From Eledone cirrhosa (taxonomy: Eukaryota), in NCBI GenBank assembly GCA_964016885.1, contig OZ024740.1, forward strand, positions 247,008,001 through 247,072,000: DNA of 64,000 nt, given 5' to 3'. The notes under the pieces are model-generated. The model made no database searches and was not told the origin of the DNA. It saw nothing but the letters and a program-made list of their open reading frames with translations. Below, piece after piece: positions 38,955 to 53,471 of the stretch. Position numbers and translations under genes: made by a program. Position 1 is the first letter of the stretch. Each line of letters opens with the position of its first letter.

Positions 38955-41900
38955 TGCGAGGCCCGGATCAGCAACGTGCGACAGCTGGCCCCCACCTTTG
39001 ATGACTTTGAGATGCACGCATCTCTCTGTCAGCCCGGAGGTGGGGGTGGAGTTGTCGTTCTGCTGCAAAAACATCTGGGTCTCGCAACACAGATGGTACA
39101 TTTGGACCCGGAGGGTCGACTAGTGGTTCTGGACCTTGGCAGTGGTAAAGGCGGAACGTTTAGGTTGGTAGCCGCCTACGGCCCTTTCGGGTCAATGCGG
39201 CCGGACTTCTTCCATCGTCTGGAGACTTTTCTAGGGACGTCCCGCTCCTTGCTATTAGTGGGGGACTGGAATGGTATCCTAGATGCACGCTGGGACTACG
39301 TAGGAGCCTGCCCCGATAGAGAGGGGTGTAATAGCCTCAAAGGGTTAATCGGTCGATTTGACCTGGCCGATAGATATTGACTAGATTTTCCGACTGCGCC
39401 AACCTGGACTTGGGCAAATCGTAGCGGATCATCTAGGTCGTACCTAGATAGGTTCTTAGTTAGAATTAAGGATGGGGACTTTTTAAGTTGTCCAAAAATG
39501 CGCATGGTTGGCTATTCAGACCACAAATTAGTGACCTGCATGGTCAACCTTGACAGAACTCATAGACAGGGCCCCGGTTACTGGAAGCTCAACTTGTCCT
39601 TGCCGGCAAGTAGAGCCTACAGGAATCGGATTAGTACGTTAGTTAAGGAACGGTTGACTGGAGCGATCGTCAACAGCAGGTGGTGGGTATCTCTAAAGAG
39701 AGAGATTAGAGTAGTCTCGATAGAATTTAGTAAGGTTCTAGCTGCGGATAGGAATAGGAAGGAAAGGGAGCTAATAGATAGAGTAGAAGAGGCAATTAGA
39801 AGCGGCGACGTGGCCAGAGTGCTAGCGTCGAGAACGGCTTTGAGCCAGTTTTTCGACGCGAAGCACGAAGGCTGCGTTGTCCGAAGTAAAATACGTGCTC
39901 TAGGGAACGAGGGGACCAAAGCTGTTAGCTGGGCCCGCGTGACAGAGGCCAACAGTGGAACTAAATCCACCATCCGGTCTTTGCGAGACCTGGATGGACG
40001 GGCGATTCTTGAGCCTAAGCAGATGTGTGAGGCCTTTCAAAAGCACTTTGCCCGACTGTTCGGGAGGGGCGGGGAGCCGGTTGGGAACGTGGACTTCGGT
40101 CCATACCTCGACGGCCTGCCGCGCCTCTCGGACAGGGAGGCGAAGTCCTGCGAGGAGCCGATTTCGGCCGCTGAGATAGAGGACGTGCTGAGCCAATGCG
40201 GCAAACGCAAATCCCCGGGTCTCGATGGTCTTCCTTACGAATTATATCTAGCTATGCCGGACTTGTTCCCCGATCTCCTCGAGACGGTCTACTGCAACTG
40301 GCAACAGAACGGGAGAATTCCCTGTACTGTGACCAAGGGCGTAGTCACGCTAGTGAGGAAGGACGAGAACAAGGGGGACGAAATAAGTAACTTCAGGCCC
40401 ATAACACTACTAAATACAGAGTTACAGATTTTGGCCAAGGTGCTAGCAAAGAGGTTGGCGCTTGTCGTGGGCAACCTGGTGGGAGATGCGCAGACATGCG
40501 CTATCCCGTCCAGGTCCATCCATGACAACCTCCACCTCATGCGATACATCATAGAGAGGGTTGGGAACGAACCCGGCTTTGGTGGGGCTCTGATCAACTT
40601 GGATCAATCTAAGGCGTTCGATAGGGTCGACCATGGTTACCTGGATGCGGTGCTAGCGGCGGCAGGCTTCGGACCCGTTTTCAGGGGCTGGATCACTGCT
40701 ATGCACAGCAGCCGCATCTGCTCTAGGGTCAAGGTGAACGGCTACCTCTCGGAGCCGTTCAAAATCGCGCGGTCCATCCGACAAGGGTGCCCTCTCTCCT
40801 CCCTTCTGTATGTGTTGACTCTCGAGCCACTACTGCGGAAGTTGGAGTTGTTGCAGGGCATCCCTTTGGAACCGGGATTGCGGAAAGCGGTGTCGGCCTA
40901 CGCCGATGACGTGACAGTAATGGTGTCGACGGCCTCCGAAATCGAGGCGGTCGGCACCTTACTGGAGGAGTACGAAAAGTTCACAGGGGCTAAGCTGAAC
41001 CGGGACAAGTCGATCGGTTTGCAACTCGGCACGTGGAGGGGCAGACCGATGCCCTCCGATGGCGTCGTCGGACGCTGGACGGAGGGCCCGGTGAAGTTGC
41101 TCGGGGTCTGGTTCGGACCGGACCTCCAGGTGGAGAAAAACTGGGCGGAGGTTACGAACAGGGTGTTTGCACTGACCCAGAAGTGGGCCAGTTGCAAACT
41201 ATCCCTGAAAGGTCGGGCGGAGGTGGCGAACACCTACATAGCGTCCGTCATCTACTACCGCCTGACCGTAGTGCCCTGCCCAAGGGAAACCCTCACCAAG
41301 ATGGAGCGCGCGCTCTTCCAATTCCTTTGGAAGAGGCGGGCTCCTATGGTGAGGAGATCCATCTGCTGTCAACACCCTTCGAAAGGAGGGCTGGGGATGC
41401 CGTGGCTAATGATGCGTAAACACGCATTAAGGCTACGGCACCTCTACGTATTCCTCACCGGACAACCGGTGTGGGCCTCGTTTGTGAGACGAACCTTTCC
41501 CAGACTCGTCTCACTCACCGAGCTGCAATCCTGGGTCAAGCAAAGACCGAGAAAACTGGGCGCCTGGCACACTGAGTGTGCCCAGGCGCTCACCGCCCTC
41601 TGGCAGGCGGATCCGGTTATCAGTGGAGACTCCACCGCAACATTCTATAGAGGGCTGGTACGCAGCAGGTGCGACGACGCCCTCGGAGAAGCCCTAGACA
41701 TGGAGGAGGACGAACTGGCCAGCCTGTTCGGTAGGACATTCAGCCCGGGACCTATGGACAACTTCCAGAAGTCCCTGGCCTGGCAGTGCTACCGAGGGGC
41801 TTTACCCGTTCGAGAAAGGCTCTACAGACACGGGCGCCCGGGTAGGGACCCCGCCAAAAAGATCTGTCCCAGATGCGTGTGCGACGAGGAAACCGTTGCA

Positions 41901-42263
41901 CACGCATTGGTACACTGCTCGGGCGTAGCCGATCTGTGGGGCTATGTCGAACAACTGCTGTCAAGGGTGGGACCGATCCGGTTGACCACCGAGTCTATTG
42001 TGATGATCAAGCCGCCTCCCCCCTTCAAAGATGAAGCAGGGGCGGTGTTTCTGTGCGTGATAGCCATGGCGAAAGAGGTTGTATGGTGGACGCGTCTGAA
42101 AGGACTGAGGTCAGGCACCTTTCTCTCTGGCCAACAACTGGTCCGTTTCTTCCGATATCATTTCGGAAGAAGGATCAGGATGGAGAGAGAGGTGCTGCAC
42201 CCCAGCCGTTTCTATGAAAGATGGGTGAAAGTGGCGAGAATGGCCCGTGTGAATGGGCCTTGA
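38955..42263 (+). pseudogene. Tx1 ORF2 with one premature TGA (39378-39380)
   Basis: ORFs 38976-39380 and 39498-42263 are in the same frame; YSDH, NFRPITLLN, AYADD, CPRC..HALVHC. Confidence 0.88.
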
Positions 42264-42544
42264 CTCTACATCAGACTATAGGTGAGGAAGATGAAAGACC
42301 AAGGGAGCACCCCTTCTCTGTGCTCCTGAGGAGAAGGGTTGCACACTTTTTTCGGGGGTGTGTGCGACCCCCCAAAGCGCCTCCTCTCTATTGAGGATTT
42401 TGTTAAAAATTTTATTTTTTGTTATATCTTATTTTATTTTTATATTTTGTTATTGCCTCCTCCTTATTGAGGACGCCTTTTTGTGTAAACTCCCCCCTTT
42501 GTACTTGTCCCACTTTTGATGCCCTAGTGGCAAATAAAAGAAAC
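38955..42544 (+). mobile_element. 5'-truncated Tx1-clade LINE flanked by (TATC)n
   Basis: APE-RT-zf ORF2 homologous to 16324-19742; 3' end AATAAAAGAAAC then (ATCT)n. Confidence 0.92.
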
Positions 42545-42545
42545 A

Positions 42546-42636
<91 letters not shown>

Positions 42637-42821
42637 ATATATAAATATATATACATCTATCTACCTATCTGTCTGCGTAGAAATAGTCTCAATGTTTGAT
42701 GTGAATCTAAAAGACACTGAAATGAAAACTGTATCGGAAATAGGAATAGTGATAGTGTAGTAAGGCATCTAACATGGGTGTGTTTCCCTGTGTCGATTCT
42801 AAAGTACACTGAAATGAGGTG

Positions 42822-43068
42822 ATCTGATGTATATATATATATATATATATGAATGTATGTATAGTATATTTGGCAATATACTGTATGTTTAATTAAAAAC
42901 ATTTAGAAGACCATACACTATCAGTTTTAAAGTAGTGGCTATGTCACCTACTTATTAAAAAAGTGTCATATTAAGTACTTTAAAACGGATAGCGTATGGT
43001 CTTCTAAATGTTTTTAATTAAACATACGGTATATTGCCAAATATACTACATATACATTCATATACATC
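42822..43068. repeat. Inverted repeat (~95-110 bp arms)
   Basis: gtatatttggcaatatactgtatg..agaagaccatac is mirrored at 42975-43068. Confidence 0.8.
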
Positions 43069-43094
43069 GCTATTTTAGAACACCAATCCTAATT

Positions 43095-43130
<36 letters not shown>

Positions 43131-43220
43131 ATAATAATAAAATTGAAGACTAAAATCCAAAGAGGGCTCGATAAGGAAAATATATATCAAATATATAAGA
43201 ACCGTAGAGCAAATATTTAT

Positions 43221-44790
43221 TAAAATAACAGATTAAAGTTTAAGCAAAGAATCGCTGCTTTCACCCTTAACGGGATCTTCTGAAACTAACAAAGTCAATC
43301 TGTAAACGCAGAACTGGATATTTCAAAAAACGTTGCAACCGGAGGAAGACAGGAAGACGATACTTTGGTTCTTGGTAACGTTCGCTGGCAAAGAACGGGA
43401 AAAAACGAATAATACGTCATTAATAGGAGCGGTGAAAAACAATTACGCGCAAAGACAAAACCACGTTTATGGTATAAAAAAGGTCGTAGACTAATGTTCT
43501 CTTAGGTGGTGCATAGAGACGTTCTCTGGCAATGAACGAAAAAACGAAGATAAGTCATATGTGGAGCGTGGAGAACAATAGCACGCAAAGACAAAACCAC
43601 GTAAATGGTATAGCAGAAATCGTAGACTAAAATTCTAACTAGGAGACCAAATGAATCTCCGCTACAGAGTTAAGAACAAAGTAAATAAATACAATACAGA
43701 AGTAATAGAAACAAATAAATACATACACGCAAACAGATACGTACATACACAAGCATACGCAAAACCTTACCATAGGTATACAAAACCACGCACATATAAA
43801 TATGTGTGTGTGTGGTGCTTGTGTACAAATAAATAAATAATTATATAAACGTATATAAGTAAATAAATACGTATATAACAAGCGCACACGCATACCTACA
43901 TATAAATACACGAATGTTCGGAGACGTAAGTCAACTAAAACAAGAAGTACACATATACACACACCCACCATACGTACGAACCTGCATACTCACGCGGACG
44001 CAAAACTCTCGTATACACATAGCCAAACCCTAAATACCAGAATATGTAAAAATTACATACGCCAGAACAGTCAAATATACGTACGAGAAGGTATACATAC
44101 CTTCACAAAACATACGGGTAATATATACTTACCTATGCAAATAAGTAAAGGAATATTCAAAACATATACTTAGCTCCCACATCAAGACGTAAAAATCCAC
44201 GTATAGATCGTGCTATCCGTTAGGGTATAACGTGGGGCTGTAATACAGGAAAGTTTTGTGCAATTTATGTTTACAAGCCGAAATTGCCTCAGATTTTTTG
44301 TTTAAGATGTGGTCTGTGGCGTAGAGTATTTCCAGGGCCTCAGCGGCGCAGAGGTCACATGGTCTTTTATTTCCGTTATACGATCTTGCCCTAGCTAGGA
44401 TCTCCCAGTGTAACTTATATTGGGTGTGGTTGTCTTTTAGACTCCAGATATAAGCTGAAAGTGACGTCATATTCCTTCTTAAAGGGTGACGAAAAGAATG
44501 GGTATGCATGTAAAGACGCTGCTTGAAACTATTGGCGGTTAACCCTATGTAGGCCCTACGGGACGTGGGTGTTACAACCTTACATCTGTAGACAATGTTA
44601 CTAGAGAGGCATTTCCCGGATAGGGGGCAATCAGCCCGATTCCTACAATTACAGTTAGTACTAACTACAGGGTTGCACGTTTTTTTACGGCTAGGTAGTT
44701 TAGCTAAATTTGAAGCTGTGATGTTATGTGCAAGGTTAGGAGTCGTAGAGTAAGAAATGTTAATAGTATTTCTATTAAAAATTTTAATAA
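43221..44790 (-). mobile_element. Naiad-type Penelope-like element, 5'-truncated (GIY-YIG + 3'UTR + hammerhead 43237-43287)
   Basis: KIFNRNTINISYST..CNCRNRADCPLSGKCL..IVYRC..YIGLT..FKQR..H..LSAYIW..CDLC..E..LN..CKH. Confidence 0.88.
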
Positions 44791-44829
44791 CAAACCGAAC
44801 ATTATAATAAATGTTCGGTAAACCCATAC

Positions 44830-44892
<63 letters not shown>

Positions 44893-44896
<4 letters not shown>

Positions 44897-47620
44897 TTGA
44901 AGCTTCTGAGATTATGTCAAAACTTGGCATCGGAAAAAAGACCGAACCATTCCTCCCAAGAACTCCGAGGATAAATCTCAAGGATCACTAAAACAATTTT
45001 CGTACTGAACTACCTGTTAGACTAATTGCCCCCTCTAAATCAGATCTGGGGGTTGTTAGCAAAGCCATCTTGGATAGAATTATCCCACAGGTTCGTTCTA
45101 ATTGCTCTTCTTTGAACTTAAATTTATGGTTTGGTACTTCTGAAGTGATTGGCTGGTTCAACAAATTGAATAAGAAAAATAAACACAAATTTATTCAATT
45201 TGATATTGCCAGCTACTATTCTTCTATTTCGCCCTCACTTCTCAACAATGCTCTATCTTTCGCTTACAAATATTCAGACATCACCACAGATGAACTTCAC
45301 ATCATTCTCACCGCACGTAAAACCCTCCTAGAGTTCAACAATGAATATTGGACCAGAGCTGATACCTCTAACAACTTTGACATTACAATGGGAGCATCCG
45401 ATTCATCCCAATTGACAGATTTAATTGGTATCTTTATTTTGAACTCTTTGAATCGGAAAATTCCTCAACTCCGCGGTGGAATTTATCGTGACGATGGACT
45501 CTTTACTATCTTAAATTGCAACATAGTTAACCTTAATATTATTAAGAACAATATACGTAATCTCTTTAACCAACATAACTTAAAAATTGAATTTGATAAC
45601 AGCATCAAACTAGCTAATTTCTTGGATGTATCTCTTAATCTTGACACTGGCCTATATTACCCTTACCATAAAAACAATGAGAACCTAAATTATGTTAATT
45701 TTAAATCTAACCATCCTACTAATATCAAGAATGCTATAGTTAGTAATATTGGAAAAAGAATATCTAACCTATCTTCTAATAAAAACATCTTTGATGCTAA
45801 CGCCAATTACTATTATAACGCGCGATAAAATCAAATATAGTAAAGAAAAAAATTCTAAGTGTTCTTACAGTAGAATAATTAATCATGATCATTCCAATAA
45901 CTTTAATAAAAGACCTAGATACAAAAAACATAATCTGGTATAATGCTCCTTTTTACATCTCTATTAATAATAATATTCCTAAATTATTCTTTAGTGCCTT
46001 AAATAAATGCTTCCCTCCCTCACATATCTATAGTAAAATATTTAACAAACACACTATGAAATTTTCCTATTCGACTTCCTCCAACATCCCCAACATTATC
46101 TCTAAACACAACAATAAAATACTAAATATTAAATCTCTTCCTTCCAACACTGAATATCATAATAATAGTAATAGTACTTCCGGCATCATTGTTAACTCTA
46201 GGATAATTTCTGCAAACCCAAATACAACATCAAACGCAACTTCGTTAAATGTTCTTAATCCCATTCTAAATCAAGAAACTATTATTCCTATCGTAAATAA
46301 CTTCTCCAATCCAATTCCTTCTATAGATAACACTAGGTCACTTGTTAATAACTCTGTTAATTTCTCTAATCGCAATTGTAATTGCCCTGTTAAAAGTCAA
46401 TGTCATCTCAACAACCATTGTCTTGAAAAAAATTAATCTACGAATGTAAAGTTATAACTGACACGAATTCCTTTACCTATTTTGGCTCCACTTCCACCTC
46501 CTTTAAAGCTCATCTTTATAATCATCATTCGTCTTTTAAATACCAACTTAAAAGAACCAACACGGCACTTTCAGAACTCATATGGTCCTTGAAAGACAAA
46601 AATATTAACTATAACATCTCTTGGAAGAAGGTTTGTTCTGCTTCTTCATACTTGAATGGTTCTCTATCCAAGACATGCAATCTCTGTTTATGTGAAAAAT
46701 TTACCATTATATCTAATTTAGATTCTATAATAAATAGACGCACTGACTTGTTTTCTCTCTGCTTGCATAAATTCCACAGAACATTCCATAAAGTATACAG
46801 CTAATATCTAATACTTTATCAATTTAAAATCCTTTTCTCAAAGGCACATATATATATACATATATATTTCTTTAAAAATATACCCATCTTTCTACCTTAT
46901 TTCAATGTTATTTAGTATACATTATATAATACTAGTTACTCATTCTATATCACTCCTATTTATCACTTCCCTTTCTTTCTTTTTTCCTTTTTTCTTTTCT
47001 TTTTTCTTTTTCTTTTAATTTCTAACCCCTAATCTGTATCTTTTCTTCCTAGATACTTCTCAATTCTCATTGTTACTCAGCACAATATATCCTTACATCA
47101 TAATATCACCTTGAAAAAATCCTTCGTAAACATAAACATATTTTTGATGTTAGATTATTCATCCTCAATTCATTATTTTTTTCTCCCTTTCATGCTCATC
47201 TAACTTATACATGTTACACTTATTCATCCACTCTTCTACTTCTTTTCACAATATATCCTTAATTACATTACTATTGTTATATTTTTATATTTTTTAATAA
47301 TACATATCAACAATTTCCATCGCACATATTATTAAACCCTTAAATATTATTCTTAATACATATTAACAATTTCTTTTCATCGCACATATTATTAAACCCT
47401 TCAATTTTTCTCTTTGTTAATTTTCAAATTCTTTTAATTTATATATTATCTTCCAACGGTTTTTTAACCTCTCTATGTAAAACAATATATTTTTCTCAGT
47501 TATAAAAGCTATCTCTCTCTCTCTATTATCCATCTCTCCTCCTATCTCATCCTTCCTTATTATACTCCTCCCCTCCACTTTTTACTATCATCTCCTCCTC
47601 TTTTTCATCCTCCCCCCTCA
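44893..47620 (+). mobile_element. Naiad-type Penelope-like element (RT + GIY-YIG), disrupted
   Basis: LKDH*NNF..VRLIAPSKSD, FIQFDIASYY, FDITMG, GIYRDDGL, FLDV, SNHP; IIWYNAPF; CNCPVKSQC..; CNLCLCEK..CLH. The 3' boundary is approximate. Confidence 0.9.
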
Positions 47621-47738
<118 letters not shown>

Positions 47739-47780
47739 ACACATATATATATATATATACACACACACATATATATATAT

Positions 47781-48314
47781 AAACGAAAAAAATGAAACGA
47801 AATTTCATTTCAGACTCTTGATACGGCTGTTACTTAAATATAAGTATGTACACGTACATACATATATTTATACAGACGTACAATAGTATGTATATATATA
47901 TACATACATGCACACATATATATATGTACGTATGGATTCACCGAACATTTATTATAATGCTCGGTGTGTTTGTAAACAAACATCCCGTATCAAGCCGTAG
48001 TGTCTAGCAACCATCGTTGCTCGTTTGTTCAACACTTACAAAGGAACGCTGCACTAGTTTCAAGCTTATTAGCTATCGTCAGCAACGTATACCTTCCTGC
48101 CAGATTGTTGAACGTATATACTTACCTTACGCATATTAATGGCTGAGTAGCCCAATTTGCATATCGAGTGGGTTAATCGGCCGGGTGCACCGAAAACGAT
48201 AAACGGAAAAAATGAAACGATATTTCATTTCCCACTCTTAGTACGGCTGTTACTTAAATATATGTATGTACACATACATACATACATACATACATACATA
48301 CATACATACATACA

Positions 48315-48409
<95 letters not shown>

Positions 48410-48462
48410 GTAAGTATGTATGTATACGTACATACATATATGTATACAGACGTACAGTAGCA

Positions 48463-48502
<40 letters not shown>

Positions 48503-48775
48503 TACATACAGGTACACATACATATATGCACGCATCAGTTTAGCGGACACTTATTATAACGCCGCTTTGTTCGTTTGTAAACAAACTGAACAGCCTGAAT
48601 TTATGCCATACGGTGTTAAGGCAACCACGTCACCTTTTTGTTCAACACTGACACAGGAACGATGTACTAGTTTCAAGCTATACATATATGTATGTACGTA
48701 TACATACATACTTACATTTAAGTAAGTGCCATACTAAGAGTGAGAAAAGAAATTTCGTTTTCATTTTTTTCAACT
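47781..48775 (-). repeat. Tandem ~420 nt ORF-less hammerhead repeat (retrozyme-like), 1.7 units plus an inverted end
   Basis: aaacg.aaaaaatgaaacga.atttcatt..ctctt..tacggctgttacttaaata at 47781 and 48201; inverted copy at 48690-48770. Confidence 0.7.
48046..48088 (-). ncRNA. Type I hammerhead (GUG at the cleavage site, probably inactive)
   Basis: ACGTTG-CTGACGA-tAGCT aata AGCTt-GAAAC-TA-GTG-CAGCGT. Confidence 0.7.
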
Positions 48776-48853
<78 letters not shown>

Positions 48854-49062
48854 TATATATATACACATACATATACATATATACACACATATATGTGTAT
48901 ATATATATATATACACACATATATATATACACATATATATACATATATACACACATATATATATATATACACATATATATATATATACATATATATATGC
49001 ACACATATATATATACATATATATATATATATACACACATATATATATACACACACATATAT

Positions 49063-49093
<31 letters not shown>

Positions 49094-49116
49094 CTCTTAT
49101 ATATACACACACACAC

Positions 49117-49147
<31 letters not shown>

Positions 49148-49300
49148 CACACACATATATATATATACATATATATGTATATATATATATGTAAATATAT
49201 ATATATATGTGTGTGTATATATATATATATGTGTGTATATTTATATATACATATATACCTATATATATATATATATGTGTGTATATATATATACATATAT

Positions 49301-49368
<68 letters not shown>

Positions 49369-49408
49369 ATATATATATATATGTGTGTATATATATATAT
49401 GTATATAA

Positions 49409-49457
<49 letters not shown>

Positions 49458-49474
49458 TATATATATATATATAC

Positions 49475-49788
<314 letters not shown>

Positions 49789-49895
49789 ATATATATATAC
49801 ATATATTAATATGTGTAGAAGTAAACAGTAAATCCGTGTCTAAAATAACGGGTGTAGATTACACCACAAATGTTAATAACTCTATATTTTATTTG

Positions 49896-49987
<92 letters not shown>

Positions 49988-50136
49988 TATATTAGAAACT
50001 GAGGTTTTTTTTTTTTTTTACAAAATGAAAAATAACCGAGGTGTCCTACACGAGTGGAAGTATAAAGAAAAAGGGAAGAAATCGAAAATGCAACTGAAGT
50101 CTTATTTTTTTTAAAAATATATATATTTATTTGGTT

Positions 50137-50174
50137 CCTTTACCGGTTTCGCAGTTCTTCTGCTTTTCAAAAGG
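50137..50174 (-). ncRNA. Minimal hammerhead, U3-A8 core variant
   Basis: CCTT-TTGAAAA-GCAG aagaa CTGC-GAAAC-CG-GTA-AAGG. Confidence 0.75.
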
Positions 50175-51218
50175 TGAGTTGAGATGGAGGGTCTGTAGTT
50201 TTTCTCACATCTGGTTGGTCTCTAAATGTTACTTGTTTTATATGGAAAAAGTGGCTCGAAAACCAGGTTTTTCGAGAAGTAATTTGATTGGTTTGTCAAT
50301 AATTATAATAAATTTCGCGCCAGTTCGCGTTACAATAGTTCTTCAAATAAGAGAGGGGGGGGGGGTTGTCACAGGTTGTTTTTTCATATATGAGTGTTTG
50401 AATTTCTTTTTACTTGAAAAAATGAGGCTCACGAAGGTTTTTTTTTGGTTGGTTATAAATGAAATTTGGCTGTCACGTGAACAAGTTTTCATTACATTTT
50501 TGCGCCCTTATTTGGAAAACTATTCTGTAGTCTTTATAGTGAATGTTATGACAATGGAGAGATAGTGGTCAAGGGAAAAGGGATTGGGAGAAATGTTCTG
50601 GTTCAGTGAATATGGCCAGCTGTCAGAGTTCAGGTGTCAGAGTTCAGATTTTCTATTGAGACTGAAGATATGTGTTTATTTGTGTGCTTGTGTGTGTGTA
50701 TATGTGTGTGTGCGTGTGTGTATGTGTGTATTGGAAGATGATTCTATTAGTAGAGATGGGGAGGGAGTTGTGTGTTATGTGTGTGTGTGCGAGTATGTTA
50801 GATAGAGAGAATATATATTTTGTGTGTGTATATATATATGTGTGTAGGAAAGTGGTTCTATTAGTAGAAATGGGGAGGGTGTTGTAGGTGTGGGGGTTGT
50901 TATGTGTGTGTATGGGTGTTATGTGTGTGGGAGTATGGTTAGCATGTTAAGATGAAGAGAATATATATATATATATATTGTGTGTGTGTGTATGTGTGTG
51001 TGTGTAGGAAAATGATTCCTTTAGTAGGAATATTTTTGAATGAACATATTTTCCTGACTTTTTCGTGTTTGCTGTTGTATTGCCAGTGCAAACGTATGTT
51101 TAAGGTTTATTTAGTTCGGGTTTTTATTTTCTAAAGTAGAAGGTGTTATGTGTGTGTGTGTATGTCATATTGTGGTGTTGACATAATGTATATCATAATG
51201 TATATCTATATATATATC

Positions 51219-51367
<149 letters not shown>

Positions 51368-51416
51368 ACATATATATATATATATATATATATATCTACA
51401 TATATATATATATATC

Positions 51417-51490
<74 letters not shown>

Positions 51491-51503
51491 TATATATATA
51501 CAC

Positions 51504-51640
<137 letters not shown>

Positions 51641-51737
51641 CAAATAAAATATAGAGTTATTAACATTTGTGCTGTAATCTACACCCGTTATTTTAGACAC
51701 GGATTACATCTACACATATTAATATATGTATATATAT

Positions 51738-51848
<111 letters not shown>

Positions 51849-51869
51849 CATATATATATAAATACACAC

Positions 51870-51900
<31 letters not shown>

Positions 51901-52077
51901 CACACATATATATATATATACACACACATAAATATATACACACACATATATATATATATACACACACATATATATATACACACACACATATATATATATA
52001 CACATACACACATATATATATATATATATATACACACACATATATATATATATACACACATATATATATATATATAT

Positions 52078-52372
<295 letters not shown>

Positions 52373-52709
52373 ACACTCCGGAATACAGAAGGATCAGGAA
52401 CTAAGTTTGTTCAACAATTCTTCCATAACTCGTAGAGCAACCTCTCACCGTACGTCAACCATATCCAGTGTAGTAATTAACCATTACTACATCTTGGGTA
52501 ATCCTATACCTAATATATATATATATATATGTATATGTGTATATATATATACACACATATATATACACATATATATATATATAAATATGTAAATATGTAT
52601 ATATATATATATACACACACATATATATAAACACACACATATATATATACACACATATTTACACACACGCATATATATATATATATATATTTATTAACAT
52701 TTGTGGTGT

Positions 52710-53405
52710 AACGCAGAACTGGATATTTCAAAAAACGTTGCAACCGGAGGAAGACAGGAAGACGATACTTTGGTTCATGGTGACGTTCGCTGGCAAAGAA
52801 CGGGGAAAAACGAATAATACGTCATTAATAGGAGCGGTTTAAAACAATTACGCGCAAAGACAGAACCACGTTTATGGTATAAAAGAGGTCGTAGACTAAT
52901 GTTCTCTTAGGTGGTGCATAGAGACGTTCTCTGGCAATGAACGAAAAAACGAAGATAATAAGTCATATGTGGAGCGTGGAGAACAATAGCACGCAAAGAC
53001 AAAACCACGTAAATGGTATAGCAGAAGTCGTAGACTAAAATTCTAACTAGGAGACCAAATGAATCTCCGCTACGGAGTTAAGAACAAAGTAAATAAATAC
53101 AATACAGAAGTAATAGAAATAAATAAATACATACACGCAAACAAATACGTACATACACAAGCATACGCAAAAACTTACCATAGGTATACAAAACCACGCA
53201 CATATAAATATGTGTATGTGTGTATGCTTGTGTACAAATAAATAAATAATTATATAAACGTATATAAATAAATAAATACGTATATAACAAGCGCACACAC
53301 ATACCCCATATAAATACAAATATTTGCTCTACGGTTCTTATACATTTGATATATATTTATCCTTATCGAGCCCTCTTGGATTTTACTCTTCAAATTTATT
53401 ATTAT

Positions 53406-53410
<5 letters not shown>
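52710..53410 (-). repeat. Copy of Naiad 3'UTR region (43300-43905) with an inverted terminal piece
   Basis: High identity to 43303-43905; 53320-53410 is the reverse complement of 43128-43218. Confidence 0.85.

Positions 53411-53471
<61 letters not shown>

Noticed and set aside
39378-39380. In-frame TGA in Tx1 ORF2 as recoding
   Set aside because: It aligns to Arg in the paralog (DRYRMDFP), so a CGA>TGA CpG mutation is the simplest explanation.
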